This document shows, one piece after another, positions 9,931-17,205 of a stretch of DNA of 64,000 bases. Each line of letters opens with the position of its first letter. Position 1 is the first letter of the stretch. The notes beneath the pieces are model-generated. The model saw only the letters and a list, made by a program, of their open reading frames with translations, made no database searches and had not been told where the DNA came from. Position numbers and translations under genes: made by a program. Origin of the DNA: a virus; the IMG/VR virus record IMGVR_UViG_3300021091_000016; one strand, given 5' to 3'.

Positions 9931-10071
9931 ATGTTCTATTCAATAGAAATCGCAATCAAATATTTAAGCTGTCTCCCCTACAATGTTAACACTTCTGTTG
10001 ATGTTGTATTACTCGATAAAACCTTTTGCGTTAGTAAAAGATACGCAATCATAACTGTAAAGGAAGTCTAA
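9931..10071 (+). CDS. small hypothetical protein
   Basis: ATG 9931 behind AAGGA, in frame with track ORF 9886..10071. Confidence 0.5.
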   Translation: MFYSIEIAIKYLSCLPYNVNTSVDVVLLDKTFCVSKRYAIITVKEV

Positions 10072-10072
10072 A

Positions 10073-10219
10073 ATGAAGTTATTTACTGTATTATTAAATA
10101 ATGGTCAGGTAGAAAGTATTAAGTGCCGCGATCAACAAATGGTTGGCGGTATTATTTCGGAGCTCACAGGTGGTGAGTTATATGTAGTTGCCATTTTAAA
10201 TGAGCAACAATTGGGCTAA
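10073..10219 (+). CDS. small hypothetical protein (48 aa, not in track)
   Basis: MKLFTVLLNNGQVESIKC...QQLG*; AAGGA RBS; stop overlaps HH5. Confidence 0.6.
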   Translation: MKLFTVLLNNGQVESIKCRDQQMVGGIISELTGGELYVVAILNEQQLG

Positions 10220-10268
10220 CTGATGAGTTCTTAAGAACGAAACCTAGGGTAAAACCGATGGTCTTAGT
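10215..10268 (+). ncRNA. type I hammerhead ribozyme HH5
   Basis: GCTAA CTGATGA GTTC/GAAC GAAA CC-TAG..CGAT-GG TC^ TTAGT; cut after C10263. Confidence 0.9.
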
Positions 10269-10299
10269 ATAAACACAACACAACACAAGGAGATCAAAC

Positions 10300-10476
10300 A
10301 TGCTAAAGTTTGTTATCAGGCAATTAGAGGTACCAGATTGGGATCCTCTTAGGTGGGAAGTCGCGGTGTATAGGAATGGTGTCGAGGTGTATAATGATAT
10401 TGATACCAAGGAGAATCTCGTAGGTTTATTTGAACACTTTGTTCAGAAGGAGAATCAAAATGAGATTGGAGATTGA
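10300..10476 (+). CDS. small hypothetical protein (58 aa, not in track)
   Basis: MLKFVIRQLEVPDWDPLRWEVAVY...; AAGGAG RBS. Confidence 0.65.
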   Translation: MLKFVIRQLEVPDWDPLRWEVAVYRNGVEVYNDIDTKENLVGLFEHFVQKENQNEIGD

Positions 10477-10603
10477 AGTATGGGATAAGGAGCATTGGGA
10501 AGTTAAGGTTATGGATGAGAGTCAAGTCATGTATCATGACGTAATTTATTGGACTCAATTAGAGGGTTTAATTGCGGAATTGAAATTGAAATATAATTTT
10601 TGA
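10460..10603 (+). CDS. small hypothetical protein (47 aa, not in track), likely paralog of upstream ORF
   Basis: MRLEIEVWDKEHWEVKVM...; AAGGAG RBS; shared WEV-x-V...V-x-Y/Y-x-D pattern. Confidence 0.65.
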   Translation: MRLEIEVWDKEHWEVKVMDESQVMYHDVIYWTQLEGLIAELKLKYNF

Positions 10604-10801
10604 TGGGGCGCCATTATTACGCGGTCTCTTATTGTCTGGTCTTACAATAAAAGGCTATGGTAGTCAAGTTTGATTACCAGAATAGACCTATATATTTTTT
10701 AATATCTTGGATCGGCATCCAAGCGAAATTATACGCCGTAGACAGTGAAAGGTCGCATTAAACCTTTCTTTGTTAACAAGAGCAAAAATTAATGCCGTCC
10801 A

Positions 10802-10874
10802 GCCAACTGATGAGGACGTTAAACTTAGACCCTTGAACAAGGTCGAAACCTAGGGGAAACCCGATGGTCTTGGT
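10802..10874 (+). ncRNA. type I hammerhead ribozyme HH6 with 14-nt core insertion
   Basis: GCCAA CTGATGA [GGACGTTAAACTTA] GACC/GGTC GAAA CC-TAG..CGAT-GG TC^ TTGGT. Confidence 0.75.
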
Positions 10875-10949
10875 AGTTTAATAGTAGTATGTTGCTATTA
10901 TTGAATTGGTTTTTTAAAACCAATCTTTTTTTAAAACCCTTTCTTTTCC

Positions 10950-10973
10950 GACGAGACGTCACCTGACGAGACG
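10950..10973 (+). promoter_or_regulatory. two GACGAGACG motifs
   Basis: GACGAGACGTC at 10950 and 10965, after TTGGTTTT/AAAACCAA hairpin + T run, before RBS of 11000. Confidence 0.65.
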
Positions 10974-10999
10974 TCGCTGTACAATAGGAGATTTTTAAT

Positions 11000-11254
11000 A
11001 TGCAAGAATTTTTAAGTTTTGTTGAGAGCCAAAAACAAGTAACAAGAAACAGAAACTCTACAAATAGCATTGTTGAGAATGTTGCCAAGCTACTTGAAGC
11101 AAACATTACACATCTATTAAAGGATCATCATGCTATATATCAAATTTCCCCTGATCCATTAGAATATGGAAAAGTATTTATTAATAAGACAGTTTATCAA
11201 ATTGTAGATACTGAAAATAGAAAAGCATTATTAATTTATAATTTATATAACTAG
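11000..11254 (+). CDS. hypothetical protein
   Basis: 84-aa ORF, AGGAG RBS. Confidence 0.7.
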   Translation: MQEFLSFVESQKQVTRNRNSTNSIVENVAKLLEANITHLLKDHHAIYQISPDPLEYGKVFINKTVYQIVDTENRKALLIYNLYN

Positions 11255-11313
11255 CCAACTGATGAGACCTTTAGCATGGTCGAAACCTAGAAGTGATTCG
11301 ATGGTCTTGGTAG
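11251..11313 (+). ncRNA. type I hammerhead ribozyme HH7
   Basis: GCCAA CTGATGA GACC/GGTC GAAA CC-TAG..CGAT-GG TC^ TTGGT; cut after C11306. Confidence 0.9.
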
Positions 11314-11342
11314 CTTTAACCGTAACAAGAAGGAGACTCATT

Positions 11343-11648
11343 ATGAGTATTGTAGAAATAAATATTATTGCGGCGATTATTTGTATATGTATCGCAACAA
11401 TATATAACCTACTCACTGATTTTAAACGATTCAATGATGTAGCTGTAGTAGCATGGTCTATATTAGAAGTGCTGGGATTCAAAAGAGAGTACCATTGGAG
11501 CGGTAATATTATTGCATTCGTTCTTAACCAAGTAGTGAATGTAGTAGTATTTATGTATTTGCCAGGACTATTCCTAATCTGTGCTATATCCTATATTATT
11601 GTAGGATTAAATAGCATATCAGAGGAGTTGAATGCAAATGAGCTTTAA
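11343..11648 (+). CDS. hypothetical membrane protein
   Basis: AAGGAG RBS favours ATG 11343 over 11262 (which lies inside HH7); hydrophobic. Confidence 0.65.
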   Translation: MSIVEINIIAAIICICIATIYNLLTDFKRFNDVAVVAWSILEVLGFKREYHWSGNIIAFVLNQVVNVVVFMYLPGLFLICAISYIIVGLNSISEELNANEL

Positions 11649-11868
11649 TATTGCTTTATGTATCTTTTCATCCTGGTTGTTCGTAGACGAAATGCAATTC
11701 TTAAACGCAACACTTAACCAAACGCTTAGACTCGATATAAAGATTCTAATGCATATGATTACCTTAACTGTACTTTCAATGAATGCATCAATGATGCTAT
11801 CCATGCCACAAAGCTACACTCTATTCGGAGTAGTAGCTATCATAACCTATATCATCTACAAAGGATAA
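11632..11868 (+). CDS. hypothetical membrane protein
   Basis: Hydrophobic 78-aa ORF. Confidence 0.6.
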   Translation: MQMSFNIALCIFSSWLFVDEMQFLNATLNQTLRLDIKILMHMITLTVLSMNASMMLSMPQSYTLFGVVAIITYIIYKG

Positions 11869-11873
11869 CTGTA

Positions 11874-12200
11874 ATGTTAGAAGAACACTATCAAGGCTCA
11901 GCATTTAGAGAATGCCAAACCACTGACAATGAAATGTATTGTCAAACAAACAAATTTATTACTAGAGATGATAAGGTAATTGAGTATGTCGAAAGATATT
12001 ATAAGAAAACCTCATCGTTCTTGGTAATGTTCAATCCCTCAAATATCCCACTATTTGAGGATAGGGTCATGGTCTATGCAGAACAAATTCAATTTGCTAA
12101 GAACCTAGACATGGATATTAAATTTAAGAAGGATAAAAGACATCCAGATTTATATGTAGTACATATCGACCCAAAGAGTGAGATAAACACTACATGTTAG
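11874..12200 (+). CDS. hypothetical protein
   Basis: 108-aa ORF in a tight gene chain. Confidence 0.65.
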   Translation: MLEEHYQGSAFRECQTTDNEMYCQTNKFITRDDKVIEYVERYYKKTSSFLVMFNPSNIPLFEDRVMVYAEQIQFAKNLDMDIKFKKDKRHPDLYVVHIDPKSEINTTC

Positions 12201-12436
12201 ATTTGTATATTAGCTGTTGGATATTCAGCAGTATCTTTTTTATTGGTTATATATTGGTAAAGAGAGATGAGATAGAAGCTGTTAATGTGCCGTTTGATTT
12301 AGAATTTATTAAATCGGTAATAGGCTTTTACTTCATGTCATTCTTTACCTGGCATATGCTAGTGGCTCTATTAGTCACAGACCCAAAAGGATTTGATAAT
12401 GAAATTAAGAAATCAGTCCAAAACTACTCAAAATAA
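12194..12436 (+). CDS. hypothetical membrane protein
   Basis: 80-aa ORF, two hydrophobic segments. Confidence 0.6.
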   Translation: MLDLYISCWIFSSIFFIGYILVKRDEIEAVNVPFDLEFIKSVIGFYFMSFFTWHMLVALLVTDPKGFDNEIKKSVQNYSK

Positions 12437-12449
12437 AGGAACACAAAAA

Positions 12450-12830
12450 ATGAGCAATCAAGACACAACAACAGAGACTCCTAAGGTAGATACACCTAAG
12501 GTAGAAGCTCCAAAAGAAGAAACTCCCAAAGTGGAGACTCCTAAGACAGAAGTAAAAAGCTTTAATGAAATCTATAAGGACTTACCTAGATGGTCTAAGA
12601 TATTACTCTCGTTAGTAGTAATTAGTGCAATTTATAAGTTCGTCCCAATTGTGGAGCTATTGACATTGTTTTTCTGGGCTGTAATGGTTCCAGTAGTATT
12701 TCTATTTATGTTAGGCGTTATTAGTAGTGAGACCTATGATTCCATTTGTGATGGAATCACTGGTATTAAGAAAGCCGTCAAAACAAAGCTAGAAGAAGAA
12801 AAAACACAAGCTCCTCAGAATGCATCGTAG
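12450..12830 (+). CDS. membrane protein with ETPKV repeats
   Basis: AAGGA RBS before ATG 12450; TPKV repeats and two TM helices. Confidence 0.65.
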   Translation: MSNQDTTTETPKVDTPKVEAPKEETPKVETPKTEVKSFNEIYKDLPRWSKILLSLVVISAIYKFVPIVELLTLFFWAVMVPVVFLFMLGVISSETYDSICDGITGIKKAVKTKLEEEKTQAPQNAS

Positions 12831-12914
12831 TGCGTGTACTGAACACAACTACAGTCTTTTACCCCTAGAAAACCTAATCCCCCCTATCTCGAAAAGAGAG
12901 AAAGTACTTAACAA

Positions 12915-13478
12915 ATGTTTAGTAAAGTATCAAATGTAATCACAGTTTTTAAAGCATTTTGCCACAATCCAAGCATTCAAGGAGAATTGATGGACAGCTT
13001 AAGAAAGAAAGTAGTAGAAAGCTCAATGAATCTCATCACTGTATATAGTGCAGTAATTGATGAAAGACATAAGGTAATCGAGACTTTATCTAAATTAGAG
13101 GATACTGTTAATCTTATTGAGGAAAGATGGAACCTACATGTAACAGATGTAGCTACATATAAGAATACAAAGATTGGTAAAGCAGTAAAGGCAATTATTG
13201 AATCAGATTCTGAGATTGATAGCAGGGTAATTAATAAGCTAGAATCAGCAATCGACGATGTGAATCCAAGAAAAATTATCAATGTTTACAAGGCTTTAGA
13301 TACTGGTAGTCTCGAGAGAAGGCTTGATGCACTACAGGAACAATATGAGGAGATTCAAGGAATTAATGGTATTGCTGCTAGAGATACAGAGGTACTAGTC
13401 AAGCATCATATGCAACTAGTAGAGATGGTATTGGCAGAAAGGAAATGTGAATCCACACAAGAAGAATATAATTTTTAA
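12915..13478 (+). CDS. hypothetical coiled-coil protein
   Basis: 187-aa helical ORF. Confidence 0.65.
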   Translation: MFSKVSNVITVFKAFCHNPSIQGELMDSLRKKVVESSMNLITVYSAVIDERHKVIETLSKLEDTVNLIEERWNLHVTDVATYKNTKIGKAVKAIIESDSEIDSRVINKLESAIDDVNPRKIINVYKALDTGSLERRLDALQEQYEEIQGINGIAARDTEVLVKHHMQLVEMVLAERKCESTQEEYNF

Positions 13479-13720
13479 AAATATTTAAATATTTTTCTTG
13501 ATTTTCCGTTGTTACTTGTGTAATCTCAAATATGTGAGATGAGGTCGCAACGTTGCAGTTGCTTGGGTTGTTTGTGTTCAGTCCTAATTTATCGATTTTA
13601 TCGATACTTTAGGATTGCCTCTTGACTTAGTATACATAATATATGTATATATAAGTTATATACCCCCGACAGGGGGTAAGTCCTTCTGACTATAAAAGAA
13701 AAAAAGAAAAGAGATAAGAT

Positions 13721-13890
13721 GACGAGACGGCCCTAGTCTATTAGGTCAAATCAAACTCTAGTCTATTAGCAAACACTAAGGCCAAAACTCAGCTCGACTA
13801 GAGCTCACTCTATTGAGTCAAACTCAAATCAAACCCTAGTCTACTAAGGCAAACACTAAGTCAAACTCGAATCAAGCCATTCAAATCGAA
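13721..13890 (+). repeat. GACGAGACG followed by degenerate short direct repeats (CTAGTCTAYTA, GCAAACACTAAG, TCAAA)
   Basis: CTAGTCTATTAG at ~13733 and ~13758, CTAGTCTACTAA at ~13836; GCAAACACTAAG twice. Confidence 0.65.
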
Positions 13891-14013
13891 CGTAGCCTTT
13901 ATACTATTTTTTACGTCGTTGCTTAATCCCCAGAAATCCGTTAATCCCAAGATGCTCTGTAACGTCGACAATACCACACTATTCCCAATAACCAAGCAAG
14001 CGAGTAATACACT

Positions 14014-14250
14014 ATGCTATCCGAGCTTACAATCAACGGTAAAACACATTATTTTACCCGTACTGACTTTGACTCAGAGTCAAGAATGTTTCCATCTACA
14101 TTAGCTAGATTACTTAATAGAGGCTTTACTGATTTAGAAGTAATTAATCTATTAGGTGCTAGTGATGTTAGATATTGTGATGATTTTGTTCCCCCACCAG
14201 GGGGGTGGGATGAACAAATCCAAGATAAGGAAAATAAAGAATATGTCTAA
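14014..14250 (+). CDS. hypothetical protein
   Basis: 78-aa ORF. Confidence 0.55.
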   Translation: MLSELTINGKTHYFTRTDFDSESRMFPSTLARLLNRGFTDLEVINLLGASDVRYCDDFVPPPGGWDEQIQDKENKEYV

Positions 14251-14533
14251 TAGATATGTATATGATATTAGTTGTATACAGGGATTATTAAAGCCTGGAT
14301 ATAATGTAATATATTGTGGCGCGGAAAAAAATAGAGATAACATTCTTTACGACTTTAATATTGAAATGAATCAAGCTGTGCTATTTAGATTTAGATTATT
14401 AGATAATACTAATTTAGGTATTGCTGATTCATATCTTATTAATAGCTATGAGTATGTAGATGTTATTGATTCAAATATATTAGGCGCGTTTAAAACACTA
14501 ATTGGTAAAGAGAAACTATTCCTACTTAATTAA
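14243..14533 (+). CDS. hypothetical protein
   Basis: Likely start MSNRY overlapping previous stop. Confidence 0.55.
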   Translation: MSNRYVYDISCIQGLLKPGYNVIYCGAEKNRDNILYDFNIEMNQAVLFRFRLLDNTNLGIADSYLINSYEYVDVIDSNILGAFKTLIGKEKLFLLN

Positions 14534-14542
14534 GGATATACA

Positions 14543-14899
14543 ATGAAATATATTTATAATGAAATATCATTCCTTTTAGAGAATGACATTTACAGACTTC
14601 ATTTGACTAGAGAATGCTTTAATTCTGATAAGGAAATACTATTATCCGCCGCGAGAATTATAGATGACATGCTCAGTCAGAATCTACAGACAACAGGCTA
14701 TATGAATTTAGAGAATGATATCAACGATATCCCAGCACAAGACTTTCTTATATACCTAGAGCATAAATATCAGCTTAATTTAGCTGTTAGATTATGCACT
14801 GATTTTGAAACTGTATTACCCTTAAGTATTACTAAGGAAAAATACATTCCACCAACTAAGGATGATGAATGCAATACAGAAGTATCCATCCTAAAATAA
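14543..14899 (+). CDS. hypothetical protein
   Basis: 118-aa ORF, AAGGA RBS. Confidence 0.65.
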   Translation: MKYIYNEISFLLENDIYRLHLTRECFNSDKEILLSAARIIDDMLSQNLQTTGYMNLENDINDIPAQDFLIYLEHKYQLNLAVRLCTDFETVLPLSITKEKYIPPTKDDECNTEVSILK

Positions 14900-15231
14900 A
14901 TGAATATGATAATTATAGATTATATTTAGCGGCGCAAAGCTTAATAGAAAAATATGTACATAGAACTCCATTCCTATTATCACATTTAGAGGAGAGTACT
15001 AGGTTAGATATTCAAAAGGATTTATGCTTTGACTCAAATCAATATTATGTTATATATAACAGCTACCTTGCTAAGCTTATGCAAGAGCTAGGTGAGCCGA
15101 TTTCAAATAGATTGTTATATCCTATTTGGCAACGCAGATATACTAACCCTGAGATTTTAGATGACCTTATCTTTCAAAGGATAGAGGCACATGAAGTACA
15201 TAAAATACCACTTGAAGAGTTAAGAGAATGA
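14869..15231 (+). CDS. hypothetical protein
   Basis: 120-aa ORF. Confidence 0.6.
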   Translation: MQYRSIHPKINEYDNYRLYLAAQSLIEKYVHRTPFLLSHLEESTRLDIQKDLCFDSNQYYVIYNSYLAKLMQELGEPISNRLLYPIWQRRYTNPEILDDLIFQRIEAHEVHKIPLEELRE

Positions 15232-15560
15232 CTGAAAAGAAGCCAGCTCCTCCATTTCCTGAAATGGCAACCTATCAAAAGCTAGCAATGGATATTGCTA
15301 CGTTACTACAACAAAAGAATGCAGCTTATGGTAGTGCGTTTGAAAAATCTACAGAAATACTAAAGCTATTATATCCTAAAGGGATTCCATTGGATTCATA
15401 TAAGGATGTACATGTAATAGTTAGAGTATTAGATAAGCTAAGTAGAATTGCACAGAATAATGATCCATTTGGAGAGGATCCATGGATGGATATTTGTGGA
15501 TATTCTATATTAGCTCAAACAGAAAATCTTAAATTAAGAAAGAAAAAGAATGAATCTTAG
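15228..15560 (+). CDS. DUF1599/nucleotide-modification-associated (Nmad1-like) protein
   Basis: KNAAYGSAF...DKLSRI...EDPWMDICGYSIL pattern. Confidence 0.7.
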   Translation: MTEKKPAPPFPEMATYQKLAMDIATLLQQKNAAYGSAFEKSTEILKLLYPKGIPLDSYKDVHVIVRVLDKLSRIAQNNDPFGEDPWMDICGYSILAQTENLKLRKKKNES

Positions 15561-16056
15561 AAAGTATATTAATATTGCGCGCGGATTTTTTAATCTTGAT
15601 GCTAAACAAAAAATACAAACAATGTTTCATAAGCTTGCTGATGATTTAAAGATAAATGTAAGCTACGATAGCGATTATTCAAAAAGATTCTTTCAAGAAA
15701 ACAAGCATCTCTTTAATGATGAAACAAATATAAGAGAGCTTCAAGAAAAGTTCGAAGCATTCTTTTGGTCTAAGCAAAAGGAATACGAGCAAAAGGTAAT
15801 CGCTCAAACCTTTCTATTAAGAGAGCAAATTATACTACTCCAGGATTCAGATTTACAATGGTATACCGAATCCTATATGCAATACGAAGAAGAAGTCTTT
15901 AGATATCTTAACAAGCTATATTCTAGATATACAAACGATTTAAAGGATGTATATCTATCAAGCATTATGTCTGAAACCATTAATGAATTCTTTAGTAATA
16001 TACAAGATGATGATGAAGACAATGATGCGCCACCTAAAAAGAAGAGGTATCAATGA
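15550..16056 (+). CDS. hypothetical protein
   Basis: 168-aa ORF. Confidence 0.65.
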   Translation: MNLRKYINIARGFFNLDAKQKIQTMFHKLADDLKINVSYDSDYSKRFFQENKHLFNDETNIRELQEKFEAFFWSKQKEYEQKVIAQTFLLREQIILLQDSDLQWYTESYMQYEEEVFRYLNKLYSRYTNDLKDVYLSSIMSETINEFFSNIQDDDEDNDAPPKKKRYQ

Positions 16057-16349
16057 ATGCATTTGTGTTTTTCCTAGCCTGTTATGGTTTAGCATGGATT
16101 ATTAGCTATGGTAAAATAACACTACCATTTAGAGAATATTTATATGCGCAAAAAGATAATGTAGCTTGCTTCTTTCTATACGAGCTAACAAAATGTGTAG
16201 TATGCACATCGTGGTGGGTTGGATTAGTAAGTCTAGCTACTGGATTCCCACAATATGTATTTAATTATGAATACTCATTAATGTATTTATATTTACCATT
16301 TGCAGTATCTGGACTAACTGCATTGATTATTGAATTATCAGAAGAATAA
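16053..16349 (+). CDS. DUF1360-like membrane protein
   Basis: IT-x-PFRE...EL-x-x-CVVCTSWW motif with TM helices. Confidence 0.65.
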   Translation: MNAFVFFLACYGLAWIISYGKITLPFREYLYAQKDNVACFFLYELTKCVVCTSWWVGLVSLATGFPQYVFNYEYSLMYLYLPFAVSGLTALIIELSEE

Positions 16350-16350
16350 A

Positions 16351-16412
16351 TGTCATTTTTAGCTTAAAAATTAATGTCAAAAATAACACTAAAAAAACTG
16401 TCAAAAATGACA
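16351..16412. repeat. 62-bp element of TGTCA-N4-TGACA boxes, inverted copy of 33827-33888
   Basis: Reverse complement matches 33827-33888 at 55/62 positions. Confidence 0.8.
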
Positions 16413-16467
16413 TTAATTTTTGACCAATTATTGACACTTCCAACATCAAACCTGTAAAAGAATAAGC

Positions 16468-16665
16468 ATGAGATACGAAATTAAGTTTGATTATAAATCA
16501 GACGAATTGACGATTACTAAAACCAGAAGAAAAGTAGATACATTTAGAAAGTCTAGAGTAGCTAAGAAATACTTGAATCAATTGAGAAAAAACATCGAAA
16601 GATTAGAATCAATTGAAGTAGGATTTTTAAGCGACGAAGAGCTTTTAAATCATCTACTAGGATAG
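16468..16665 (+). CDS. hypothetical protein
   Basis: 65-aa ORF. Confidence 0.55.
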   Translation: MRYEIKFDYKSDELTITKTRRKVDTFRKSRVAKKYLNQLRKNIERLESIEVGFLSDEELLNHLLG

Positions 16666-16668
16666 CAA

Positions 16669-16836
16669 ATGGTACCGATATCAAAAGAAGTATACAAACA
16701 AAGAATAAAAATCTGTACAGAATGTGAAAGCTACAATGCTACATTACATCAATGTAAAGAATGTGGCTGCCTACTTCTATTAAAAGCATTTTTAAAAATC
16801 TCTGAATGTCCATTGAATAAATGGCCAAAGCAATAA
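16669..16836 (+). CDS. small Cys-rich DUF6171-like protein (55 aa, not in track)
   Basis: YKQRIKICTEC...CKECGC...KA...CPLNKW. Confidence 0.7.
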   Translation: MVPISKEVYKQRIKICTECESYNATLHQCKECGCLLLLKAFLKISECPLNKWPKQ

Positions 16837-16845
16837 AGGACTAGC

Positions 16846-17205
16846 ATGAATTTTAAAGCATATTTGAAACAATTAACACCACTTGCGTTACTTAAGCTTG
16901 CCTTTCAAGACCACCTTGAGTCTTTAGGCTACAATAAAATTTCAGATACACTTTATATTCAGAATAATATCTCAATAGAGCTTCAAATGAATTCATTTGA
17001 ACCAACTATTGTTATACACGATAGGTCTACCAATACTGTTACTAGCTATTTATTCGAACCAAACATTATGTATAAGGACTCTGCAATCATTAAAACAGAA
17101 AGATTAGATGATGTATATTTCGTTGATGATTATATAGATCCAGTAAATGCATACACTCTATTGAAAATGATTACAGATAAAAAAGAGGAATTAGAATTAG
17201 AATGA
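16846..17205 (+). CDS. hypothetical protein
   Basis: 119-aa ORF, AAGGA RBS. Confidence 0.65.
   Translation: MNFKAYLKQLTPLALLKLAFQDHLESLGYNKISDTLYIQNNISIELQMNSFEPTIVIHDRSTNTVTSYLFEPNIMYKDSAIIKTERLDDVYFVDDYIDPVNAYTLLKMITDKKEELELE

Noticed and set aside
13730-13890. CRISPR array
   Set aside because: Repeats are short, degenerate and irregularly spaced, with no unique spacers and no cas genes seen
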